From IMG/VR virus record IMGVR_UViG_3300000228_000002, positions 1-64,000 of that record: a stretch of DNA of 64,000 nucleotides, one strand, 5' to 3'. A program made the translations under genes and the position numbers. The DNA comes from a virus. Within the stretch, counting starts at the first letter, position 1, and the number at the start of each line of letters is the position of its first letter. A model generated the notes under the pieces. That model saw only the letters and a list, made by a program, of their open reading frames with translations. It made no database searches and had not been told where the DNA came from. Below, piece after piece: positions 18,001 to 26,579 of this stretch.

Positions 18001-19041
18001 TCAAGCAAGAAGTAGTTTCGTAAACTCGTTCTCAATTACCTCTTGCTTTCCATTCAAGACGTACTTCCAAATAGACTTGGGAGCCTGGCAATAGTCGCCC
18101 TGCCATTCAAGTTTGGTGCAGTCGCCATTGCAAATAGCAAAAGCTTCGCATTCATAGCAACGTGGATCTCTCTGGGTTTCACAGAAAATAGCTTTCTTTC
18201 TCTCTTTCGAATTGAAAAGGTCTTCTATCGACTGGTTGATGTTTCCCCAGAAATCCATTGGTGCTGTATTCGGGCATCCTGCTATGGTTCCATCGGCATT
18301 GATAGTCATGAGACTAGATTCACAATTTCTGCATCGGTTCCCTGAGTGTATGCCCTGAGTTACTGCCTCTGCTATTTCATTGAGAAACATGTTGCCAATT
18401 TTTTCGTAATATCTGTTCTCGATAGTAACATCAAGCATTTTGTGGAGCCAAAAGTCTTGTTCTGCATTGTCGGGCTTGATTTCTGGATTTGATTTGGCAT
18501 GACCATCGTTAGTAATTCTCTCGAAGAGAATGTACTTATAACCTAGAGACATAGCATACTCAATGATGATTCTCGGGTCTGTGTTAACCACTTTCTTATC
18601 CATTGTGACAAACAAGGTCATAGGTATGGTTTCGTTGAGGACCCTGGAGTTTCTCTCCCAAAGATCGAGCTGTGAACGATTCTCAAACCTAAGATTGTCC
18701 CAAGACGAACCCATCCCCTCTTTCATCCATGTATTGAAAAAATTGAGCTTTTTGTCGGTTAGTGGGTACACCAAGTTTGTCGATACAGAAAGCTCTGTTC
18801 CACCTTTCCACTGAGGCATGTTCCTACATATATCCTCAAGCTGATCAATAGGAGCTAGCATAGGTTCACCGCCATGAAAGACAATCTTCATAGATGTGTC
18901 TGGCACATAGCGGTGCAAGCGATGTAGAAATGCTAAGGTTTTTGAGGTATCTGCATACTGTCTTGGGGCTTCACTTCCGGAAGTATAACAATGGGAGCAG
19001 TTCAGTTGGCAGTGAGCTACCGGTTTATAATAGATCAGCAT
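18001..19041 (-). CDS. Radical SAM/SPASM protein
   Basis: Likely start MLIYYKP at 19041; CQLNCSHC, FHGGEP, SPASM CRNC...GCP...CYECEAFAICNGDC...C. Confidence 0.92.
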   Translation of the reverse strand: MLIYYKPVAHCQLNCSHCYTSGSEAPRQYADTSKTLAFLHRLHRYVPDTSMKIVFHGGEPMLAPIDQLEDICRNMPQWKGGTELSVSTNLVYPLTDKKLNFFNTWMKEGMGSSWDNLRFENRSQLDLWERNSRVLNETIPMTLFVTMDKKVVNTDPRIIIEYAMSLGYKYILFERITNDGHAKSNPEIKPDNAEQDFWLHKMLDVTIENRYYEKIGNMFLNEIAEAVTQGIHSGNRCRNCESSLMTINADGTIAGCPNTAPMDFWGNINQSIEDLFNSKERKKAIFCETQRDPRCYECEAFAICNGDCTKLEWQGDYCQAPKSIWKYVLNGKQEVIENEFTKLLLA

Positions 19042-19297
19042 TGAGTATCTCTTTGCATTGGCAGTAAAGATCAAACGAACTTACCGTATCGGTAATGTCC
19101 ATGTCCATTTTGTTCGTATGCTCTTCGATATACCTGGAACATAGAGATTTTTATCCCTCTGAATGTGTAAGTGGCCCTTCCATTATCTGACGGGGTAAAA
19201 ACCAATTATTCTTTATGACTTAATATCTCCGTCAAGATGCTTTCATGTAACCCAGTCATTTGTTATCGACATGGTTATGCAACGCTACGTACAACAT
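19025..19297 (-). pseudogene. Decayed gene upstream of the radical SAM pair
   Basis: ATG after a G-rich RBS, four in-frame stops, and an intact tail ...FDLYCQCKEILNADLL* overlapping the radical SAM start. Confidence 0.4.
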
Positions 19298-19403
19298 ATA
19301 TTAACCCCCGTATAAAAATGTATAGAAACATTCTTGTGTTAAAGCCTTACTATCAGTAAATCTTAACACGTGCAACTTAAGCTTTCCTTAAGAAAGGGTG
19401 ATC

Positions 19404-19937
19404 ATGTACTACGACCATACACCGACTTTTCTGTCTAAAGATGATATCAGTGGGCTACTATCCGACTCCCACTTCTATCTGAGTGGTCTCATTTACACCC
19501 TAGACAAAGTCAAAAACGGGTACGACTTGGACATCACCAACCAACCGGTGGTCAAGTATCAAGAAGAAGTTCAGAGGTCGTTCAAGGACGGGAAGACCCT
19601 AGTCATAAAAGGTCTGGAGAACTATAATGAGAGTATTTCAAAGTATGCTAGGGAATTGGGAGTCGGTACGGATGTCCACATGTACCTCGTACCCAAGAAT
19701 GGTGATCATGCTTTTGGTTTCCACACGGACGATAGAGAAGTGTTGATCCATGGGGTGTATGGGGAAAAAGACTTTGAAATTATACGTGAAGGCATCACTA
19801 TACCCTATTCCACTAAATTCAACTGTGGTGTGGTGATCAAATGTGGGGAGAAGCATAGAGGAATCCCTAAGGGTGAAAGTGCTATCTTGAGCTTTGGCAT
19901 TCCGATGAGCTATAAACTTAGAAAGTTCCAAATTTAA
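19404..19937 (+). CDS. JmjC/cupin (ribosomal-oxygenase-like) protein
   Basis: GKTLVIKGLE...DVHMYLVP...FGFHTDDREVLIHGVYGEK...KHRG (HxD...H). Confidence 0.75.
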   Translation: MYYDHTPTFLSKDDISGLLSDSHFYLSGLIYTLDKVKNGYDLDITNQPVVKYQEEVQRSFKDGKTLVIKGLENYNESISKYARELGVGTDVHMYLVPKNGDHAFGFHTDDREVLIHGVYGEKDFEIIREGITIPYSTKFNCGVVIKCGEKHRGIPKGESAILSFGIPMSYKLRKFQI

Positions 19938-19946
19938 GGAGTAAAC

Positions 19947-20132
19947 ATGAAAGGCGAAATCTGGATATATCTAGAATCTGGTAAATCTTACCTAGTGATG
20001 TTCGAAGGCAAAATGAAAATGGAAAATGCCATCGAATGGGCAAATAGTGTGACTTACCACTGTCCTGAAACAGGTCTATACTTCACAAGAGATAAAGAGA
20101 CTTTCTTGCAGAGATTTGCTAAAGAGACTTAA
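19947..20132 (+). CDS. DUF1653-like small protein
   Basis: GKSYLV...VTY...YFTRDKETFLQRF; AGGAG RBS. Confidence 0.6.
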   Translation: MKGEIWIYLESGKSYLVMFEGKMKMENAIEWANSVTYHCPETGLYFTRDKETFLQRFAKET

Positions 20133-20468
20133 TACTTTGAGCCTTTACTCAAGTTGTCCTCTTTCGGTTGGAGATTGGTGTAGTGAATTGCTTCTAGTTG
20201 TTGGGTGACATCAGATAAGTCAAATGACGACAACGGTTTTATGTGATCTAGATGCCATTCTGGCCCATAGCTATCCCACGACATTGTCTCGCCGTATCCT
20301 CCCTCTTATTTGGTATTTGTAGTTCCTAAGTCTAGTTTTCTTACCGCCAGTACCCGGTACTGTGCCTGCTGTTTCTCTGTCGTAGTTTTTCCAGTTACAT
20401 AAGCATCGGTAAACCTCATCTTCTGGGTCTAATATCAATAAGTGATTGATGGTTAGGCGTTTCTTCAC
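20129..20468 (-). pseudogene. Degenerate HNH homing endonuclease
   Basis: Frame 20129-20284 encodes MSWDSYGPEWHLDHIKPLSSFDLSD...HYTNLQP-KEDNLSKG (the usual LWA is missing). The N-terminal part is in a different frame. Confidence 0.75.
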
Positions 20469-20469
20469 G

Positions 20470-20892
20470 CTATTTTTTAGTGATCTTTTTGGGTTCTAAC
20501 ATGAATGCCCCTCTTTGTAAGGCAGCAACAACATGTTTACAAGCATGACTGACTAGTCTCGGGTTAGTTACTTTAGGAAGCTTACCATTGGAATAAATGA
20601 CATCAGTAGAACCTCTCTTGGAGAGAGCAGTCTCCACATGAAAGAGCCAATATGGGCATTCGCAACTGGCCCAAACCTTTGCGGTGGGTCCTTTACCAGT
20701 GAAATACATCAAAAGTCTATAATTACCATCCCCATCTTGAGATGCCGCCATAGCCTCCACTTTCTTCATCTTGATTCCGTTCTCTTCAACGTACTCCACT
20801 TTACCAAAATGTAAAGCTACACCTCTAGCCTTGGCTATGATGCTTTTTCTGTGTAACATGGTCCAATAGAGAATTTGTTTGACTGAAATCAT
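20470..20892 (-). CDS. SWIM-type zinc-finger protein
   Basis: SCECPYW...TNP...ACKHVVAAL. Confidence 0.7.
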   Translation of the reverse strand: MISVKQILYWTMLHRKSIIAKARGVALHFGKVEYVEENGIKMKKVEAMAASQDGDGNYRLLMYFTGKGPTAKVWASCECPYWLFHVETALSKRGSTDVIYSNGKLPKVTNPRLVSHACKHVVAALQRGAFMLEPKKITKK

Positions 20893-20976
20893 GCTTTAAA
20901 TTAACAGAGAGTGTCTTTAACTATTCATTGCATAGGTCTTCACTTAAGTTGAAAGTGGACATTCAAGGAGAATTCT

Positions 20977-21210
20977 ATGGATAAATTTATGGAAGTAATA
21001 TCATTTATAGCATCTAACTACGACATGATTCTAAGCTCTGTGGCTGTGATTCTAGGTGGATTAGGTGTGGTAGTAGAGGGGTTAACTCGTATAATTCCTA
21101 GCTCTGGCGATGAATCAGCTTTGACAAAAGTTGGTAAGTTTCTAGTTAAAGCTGGTGAGTTTGTTAAGAAAATTATGAACTTCCTTAAGCTACCTAACGT
21201 CAAAAAATAA
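20977..21210 (+). CDS. Holin-like small membrane protein
   Basis: 77 aa, one strong TM helix plus an amphipathic helix, basic C-terminus; AAGGAG RBS. Confidence 0.5.
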   Translation: MDKFMEVISFIASNYDMILSSVAVILGGLGVVVEGLTRIIPSSGDESALTKVGKFLVKAGEFVKKIMNFLKLPNVKK

Positions 21211-21380
21211 AAACCGCCGGTGCCGGAATCTTCGTCGGTAGGTACAGTAAGGAAAATGAGAGAATGTCCTCTCCACTGTGATTCTGGATTTCTGATCATG
21301 AAATCGGCAATTGCATGCCCACCTTGAACAGCTTTTTGCGGTGTAGAGAGTGTCTGGGATACTATCACATAAAGTTTCAT
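21211..21380 (-). pseudogene. Pth2-like peptidyl-tRNA hydrolase, apparently truncated
   Basis: MKLYVIVSQTLSTPQKAVQGGHAIADF...W...LIFLTV is Pth2-like. After ~55 aa the frame runs antisense into the holin-like gene, with no EPD/TA motifs. Confidence 0.55.
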
Positions 21381-21754
21381 AGAAACCTCTTGATCATACC
21401 ATAGAAAGACCAGAATGCAGTTCGATTTTCCTTCATCTCTTTATCTGCTTCTGCTTGGACGACCACTTTTTCTGGTGGAGCTACTTCTGGGTTTAATAGC
21501 CTAGTGTACATTTCGGTATAACGGTTGACCAGAAATTTCGAATGCTTAAAGGCAGGACTACATTCAATCTTTTCTATTGGTGTCCCTCTCATCAGACAGT
21601 AAGCAATGTGCCTGTGCCTCATCTCTATCTGCAATTCAGACAGTCCAGGAACATAGCCATTAGAGTGTGACTTTCTTTGGGACTTTAGGTCACGGATTTT
21701 TTGGTTGATTTTTTTGTGAGTAGCTTTGATCTGTTTTTTTACTTCAAATTTCAT
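21377..21754 (-). CDS. Basic phage protein with RHxHIAYCLxRG motif
   Basis: Start MKFEVKK at 21754 (AAGGA RBS); RHRHIAYCLMRGTPIEKIE; ATGA-coupled to the Pth2-like gene. Confidence 0.7.
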   Translation of the reverse strand: MKFEVKKQIKATHKKINQKIRDLKSQRKSHSNGYVPGLSELQIEMRHRHIAYCLMRGTPIEKIECSPAFKHSKFLVNRYTEMYTRLLNPEVAPPEKVVVQAEADKEMKENRTAFWSFYGMIKRFL

Positions 21755-21806
21755 TTGTTCATTCCTTGTTGTTAAGTATTGAAAACTTTGTTCAAACAAG
21801 AAATGC

Positions 21807-21833
21807 TTACGGTGGTTTAGCTATCTATTTCAT
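21807..21833 (-). promoter_or_regulatory. Minigene leader ATG AAA TAG ATA GCT AAA CCA CCG TAA
   Basis: Strong RBS AAAGGGAGGA close to the ATG; M-K-amber followed in frame by I-A-K-P-P-ochre. Confidence 0.55.
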
Positions 21834-21868
21834 AATATCCTCCCTTTCGACCAATTTAACTATGAGTG

Positions 21869-21921
21869 GCTCAGGACTCCAAAGGTTCACTCTTTGCAGA
21901 GCCTAGGTCAGTTACCTGAGC
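21869..21921 (-). other. Extended RNA hairpin with GCAA tetraloop
   Basis: GCTCAGG...CTCT-GCAA-AGAG...CCTGAGC, immediately 3' of ORF 21922. Confidence 0.5.
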
Positions 21922-22317
21922 TTAATCCTCAATTGGTACTATAACGCTTGTGTATTTGTCATTAAAGATTTTGCGAGTGTTAGCCGATAAAATCCATGGT
22001 TCTTTCGGTTGATTTTTAGGATAAAGGAAAGCAGTCTTTCCATGCTCAATAATTGAATAGAAGTTTGGAAGCAATTTCTTGATCTTCTCTACTTCGATTT
22101 TGTGCATAGGTCTGACTAGAAATGCTCCTCTATTCTTATTGGAGCCAATTTCTTTCTCAATTTCACAAAGCCAGAACTCGTCGTCGTTCACCTGGCCTTG
22201 GTATTGATTCTCGATCAATGCAAGTTTGCCCATGGTTCTTGAGATAAGTTTCACGTTACCGTTCGGGTCCTTGGATAAGAAGAACTTTAATACTACTTTA
22301 ATACCTTTAGTATTCAT
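21922..22317 (-). CDS. Hypothetical protein
   Basis: 131 aa; GGAG RBS. Confidence 0.65.
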   Translation of the reverse strand: MNTKGIKVVLKFFLSKDPNGNVKLISRTMGKLALIENQYQGQVNDDEFWLCEIEKEIGSNKNRGAFLVRPMHKIEVEKIKKLLPNFYSIIEHGKTAFLYPKNQPKEPWILSANTRKIFNDKYTSVIVPIED

Positions 22318-22339
22318 CTAGACTGGCTCCATTAATAGA

Positions 22340-23239
22340 CTAAATAGGCAGATTGTATTGCGACAATCCAATTCCCTGAATTTTTACCATACGTGTATAC
22401 GAAAGATTCACAATCATTTGTAAGTATATGATGTCGTTAGGATTCTGCGTAGCTTGCGTTGGTACACTCAAAGAATACAAGAAGAAGTCTGCCTGGGCAT
22501 CAAGAGGGATAACTGTAATGTCCACAAGGTCTCCCAGACTATCGATCAGCTTGAATTCTACCGTTGCTCCAAGATCGACCTGCATTTTTGCCTGAAAAAG
22601 AGCAAAAGGTGTAGACCCGACTTTGAAAGGGAACGTGAATACTGCATTAGCTAGAGAAGGTGAATTTACGTTGTTCTGGAGCTTAAGTGAATATTTGTTG
22701 TTTAAGGTATCCCAGAAATCAGTAACAGTAACTGCACTACCTGAAGTAGCAGTAACAATAAAGCCATTTCCTTTAAGTGGGATAATCCAATCAGCGTTTT
22801 GTCTGTTTGGTGTGAAGTTTCTTAAGTTCTGCTCCGGTTCTTGCTCAAAGAATGCAGTAGACATGGGGACTGCACTTCCTGGGTATCTCACGTAACCAAG
22901 GACTACACCATTGATGTCACTAGGATTCAATATACCGTTACCCAATCTCAGGATTGCTGGCTCTCCACCAGAAATATCTTGATCTAGGTGTTCATAGTAT
23001 ACAGTATAATCTTGAGGATTAGAAGTCACTGGGATGTCTAATTCCAAGGACTCATCCTCGATGATCATTGTTCCTTCGTGTGTCACAGCAGTACCTGGAA
23101 AGATTCTCATCTTTGAAGTACCAGCTACACCAAATCTAAACCCTTGTAGCACTGATGAACGTGCAAGGGCATATAGCATCTGCTTAAGATCGGAGGCTTC
23201 GGCTAACGTACCATAATCTTTAATTCTTCGCTGTGTCAT
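22340..23239 (-). CDS. Tail/baseplate structural protein
   Basis: N-terminus resembles the N-termini of ORFs 29655 and 34583; located in the structural operon. Confidence 0.55.
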   Translation of the reverse strand: MTQRRIKDYGTLAEASDLKQMLYALARSSVLQGFRFGVAGTSKMRIFPGTAVTHEGTMIIEDESLELDIPVTSNPQDYTVYYEHLDQDISGGEPAILRLGNGILNPSDINGVVLGYVRYPGSAVPMSTAFFEQEPEQNLRNFTPNRQNADWIIPLKGNGFIVTATSGSAVTVTDFWDTLNNKYSLKLQNNVNSPSLANAVFTFPFKVGSTPFALFQAKMQVDLGATVEFKLIDSLGDLVDITVIPLDAQADFFLYSLSVPTQATQNPNDIIYLQMIVNLSYTRMVKIQGIGLSQYNLPI

Positions 23240-25767
23240 TAGATAACCTCATATAGACTGAATCCATCAAACTTACCAAAAACTTGTACTTGTATTTTAG
23301 TAATATTCGATGCACTTGATACTGTGAACATAGGGCCAGTAAGTGTAGCTACTTGCCAAGGACTCCAGTCAACTTTTTCATTAGACATTCTATATCTCAA
23401 CTGAACCTTATCATATGGAGCCTTAACACCATGAAGGAGGACCTGAAGAGTTTGTTTCAACTTGATAGGTATAGCTCTACTCATGTATCTGTTTCTGATG
23501 TATGAAACATCGTAGACAGAAGGTGATGGAATAACAGAATTCAATTCGTCAGAGTGGTGAGGGATAACTACTTCACCAAAAGCATCGTAACCACCAACTG
23601 CACTACCTTCCACTGCAATTGCACCGGTGATAGTAGTAGTCGAAGTAACGGTAGTGTTTCCTGCATTTCCGATCAGGTTTCTTGTGAGCTTCATTCTATT
23701 TGAAGCTGTATCTGCAGTGGCAGTGAATCCCGAATCAAAAGCAATGTTATTGATAGTAGAGATAATGTCATCTCTAGACTGAGATGCATTTCCTCTTTGG
23801 AATTCCCCTAACGGTCTGTTTGGAGAGCCAGCTACTGCCGTAAGTATTTTTGAGTTACCTAAGTCAAGAGTGTCACCATTCGATACATCGTCGGAGAAGC
23901 TAACGAAAGTCGAAGCAGCCGTTCCATCTTGGTCAGCCGGAACTACTTCATTATAACGAGGGGAAGCATATTCCTCTGTCAATAGGAAGTTGTATGAGCC
24001 TATTAGTTGAAGGGATGCTGCACCTTCATATTTTGTAGTATATCCGGGGTAGTAAGTTCTGATGTATCTCCCATCACGAACGTTTCCAAGAGATAAACCA
24101 TCCCAGTCAACACTGGCTACTAGTGCTAGGTCATTCAATCTAGCTGCTGTACCAGATTCTACTTCTGCGTAAATGATGATCTTAGATGCTGCACCGTCGG
24201 AAGTTCTCTCGATAACTTGGAAACCAGTGATAGTGTTGAACACGTTCTCGGTTTTCAGGATATTTTGTAGGTTTTCCACGTTTGGAAGAATAGTGTTTAT
24301 CCATGTGCTATCAAAAGTGAGGTCCTCACTGATAACGACATCTGAGGTATTGGTACCAAATACACGAATTGTGACTTTAAGGTTAGCCGATGAAACTGCG
24401 TCTGCCAATGCTATACTAAGCTGAGCAGGCCCAAACTGGTTCACTTCTAGACTTACATAATCACCACCGATTGAATCCAATAGGAGAGTGTTCTGTAGAA
24501 TCTGTGGGAACTTGATCAGATCGCCAGTATCATTGAGATAAACTTTGAACTTACGGGCAATAGGGCCAGTACCCTCGAACTCAACCGTAGTGTTTGGTAG
24601 GGTTCCGTAGCTCAAACCACCAGCAACGATAAATTCATTTTCAACATTGGCTTGACCAAAAGTGATCTTGTTACCATTGATGAATTGTGGAATCTCAAGA
24701 GCATTCACTCTGTTGTAATAGATTGTAGAAGTTGAATAAGTTGTAGAGCTAGTATCGGTAATTTCTGTTGGCTGAAGTACGATAATTTTCGTACCTTTAA
24801 TCCAATCAAATGCAATTGATCTTGATTTGTGATCAGCAACATGCATAGAAGAGACTGATGTCGGGTAATTGGCAAGTAGGAAGTACTTGGCTCCCATTCC
24901 ACCAAATCTAGATTCACCAGTTATAGTCCCATCAGGGTCAGTCTGGTATCGGCTAATGTCAATCTGTTCAACACAAGCATAGCCGGCTCTACCTTTCAGG
25001 TCTATATCTTTGGCTAGGATAGAACCTACACCTGAGATTTGAGAATAGAAAGGAATTTCACCAGTGGATAGATCGTTGAAAGTCGTTCCGTGTGGGTTTC
25101 TTGCCGTAATAAGACCCGAACCTTTGGAATTTCTGTGTTCAACATCTACAATGGAGAACCATGGTCTGTTAAACGGATAAATGTTGTTAGTATAGTCAAT
25201 AAGAAGTTCTGTACCAGAAAGGCCAGAAACTACCTTAACGATAGCAATAACAACGATGTTTTGTTTTCTAGTTAGTGAGAATAACGATGAGTTGTTGTAA
25301 TCTGTAAGAAGTGCAGAACGTAGAAGCTCCGTACTTTGAGTGTATCGAGTCTTAGCTGCTACTTGATATTTAGAAAGTCTTGACTCTCCACCTGCTACGA
25401 TTTCATTCTCCAGGAAAACCACCAGAACATCGTCGATATTGGTTCTGGCTAATTGGAAATCGGTAACTTGACTAGTGAGGTTACAAATAGTACCGTTAGG
25501 GCAAATTACAACACCTGGGTTTACAGTGATTCTCAGGATGTCAACCTCAGATATACGAACCAAAAGTGGTCTAGTAACGTCCGTATCAACCAGGTCTTTA
25601 GGATCTAGCTGATCTACGATACCATAACGGGCTTCAATTCCTGTGTATTCACCAAATCCGAGTTTGGATCTCTCAAGTAGATCGTTTTCTCTCGAATCAG
25701 ACTCGAACTTGAAGTCATCAATATTCAGTTTTGTGTCGTAGTTAATGCCCTGTAAATTCTTGCTCAT
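23239..25767 (-). CDS. Large virion structural protein (tail/baseplate-associated)
   Basis: 842 aa, beta-rich, RNPHG motif, structural context. Confidence 0.55.
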   Translation of the reverse strand: MSKNLQGINYDTKLNIDDFKFESDSRENDLLERSKLGFGEYTGIEARYGIVDQLDPKDLVDTDVTRPLLVRISEVDILRITVNPGVVICPNGTICNLTSQVTDFQLARTNIDDVLVVFLENEIVAGGESRLSKYQVAAKTRYTQSTELLRSALLTDYNNSSLFSLTRKQNIVVIAIVKVVSGLSGTELLIDYTNNIYPFNRPWFSIVDVEHRNSKGSGLITARNPHGTTFNDLSTGEIPFYSQISGVGSILAKDIDLKGRAGYACVEQIDISRYQTDPDGTITGESRFGGMGAKYFLLANYPTSVSSMHVADHKSRSIAFDWIKGTKIIVLQPTEITDTSSTTYSTSTIYYNRVNALEIPQFINGNKITFGQANVENEFIVAGGLSYGTLPNTTVEFEGTGPIARKFKVYLNDTGDLIKFPQILQNTLLLDSIGGDYVSLEVNQFGPAQLSIALADAVSSANLKVTIRVFGTNTSDVVISEDLTFDSTWINTILPNVENLQNILKTENVFNTITGFQVIERTSDGAASKIIIYAEVESGTAARLNDLALVASVDWDGLSLGNVRDGRYIRTYYPGYTTKYEGAASLQLIGSYNFLLTEEYASPRYNEVVPADQDGTAASTFVSFSDDVSNGDTLDLGNSKILTAVAGSPNRPLGEFQRGNASQSRDDIISTINNIAFDSGFTATADTASNRMKLTRNLIGNAGNTTVTSTTTITGAIAVEGSAVGGYDAFGEVVIPHHSDELNSVIPSPSVYDVSYIRNRYMSRAIPIKLKQTLQVLLHGVKAPYDKVQLRYRMSNEKVDWSPWQVATLTGPMFTVSSASNITKIQVQVFGKFDGFSLYEVI

Positions 25768-25783
25768 CTATGACTGCCTTGGA

Positions 25784-26080
25784 TCATTTGTGGTAAATTG
25801 GTTTAAATGACTTGTGGCAAAGATGTTGGGGGATCAGAACATCGTCCGTCCACCTGTGGCTCTCTTTTGCTGCCTCTGGAACAACTCTCATATATTCCTT
25901 CAAGTCAATTACATAGTATTTCTCTTTAAAATTAGTACCGTCGAGCCATGTAGCCTCAGCCTCAATCGCGTCGGGGTATCCGTCCTTCAGAAAGAATTCT
26001 CTATCAACTAGCGAATATCCACGTGTTGGGTGTGGATCGTCGATGATAGCTATGGTGATCTTAATAGGATTTGCTGCCAT
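25784..26080 (-). CDS. Hypothetical protein
   Basis: 98 aa, coupled to the upstream gene. Confidence 0.55.
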   Translation of the reverse strand: MAANPIKITIAIIDDPHPTRGYSLVDREFFLKDGYPDAIEAEATWLDGTNFKEKYYVIDLKEYMRVVPEAAKESHRWTDDVLIPQHLCHKSFKPIYHK

Positions 26081-26081
26081 A

Positions 26082-26369
26082 CTAGATAGCTACTTCTTGT
26101 CCTGCTAGACGGACATAATACCAAGTAGAATCGCCCTTGTTTTCAACTTTCTCGGAAATCTTCTTAAGGATTTCGACATCCTGGATTCCGTTGGCCAGAT
26201 ACTGTGATCCACCCATGTTGCTCATAGATTTGACGATATAAAGATCGTTTACTCTGTGTTCAACTTCACCATGTACGTCAAGGTTGGCAACCAATTTCTT
26301 GAGGTCTTCTACTGAACTTAGTGTGATATTGTCCGAACCTTCTGAACCGTCGAAATAAACTCTTTTCAT
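26082..26369 (-). CDS. Hypothetical protein
   Basis: Likely start MKRVYF at 26369 (AGGAG RBS). Confidence 0.6.
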   Translation of the reverse strand: MKRVYFDGSEGSDNITLSSVEDLKKLVANLDVHGEVEHRVNDLYIVKSMSNMGGSQYLANGIQDVEILKKISEKVENKGDSTWYYVRLAGQEVAI

Positions 26370-26579
26370 GATTTCTCCTATGATTGATGATATTTGAGAA
26401 CTTAATACTGGGAATATCCTCTCGGTGGTTTCCCGAAAAATTAACCGGGTGCCAACTTGGGGAGGCGGTCTTAAGGTGGTCTTAAGACACCCTTGGGAGG
26501 GATTGACAGGGTATTCCAAAAATATACGATATCGTGATATAATGTGTTATAAGGCAAGATTGCCTAGGAGGATACCAAA

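Noticed and set aside
17792-18004. 70-aa Cys-containing ORF as a RiPP precursor for the radical SAM pair
   Set aside because: TTG start without an RBS, no leader/core organisation, and zinc-finger-like fragments in several frames point to a decayed gene.
21869-21921. SRP RNA or hammerhead ribozyme
   Set aside because: Lacks the SRP domain IV consensus and the hammerhead CUGAnGA/GAAA core.
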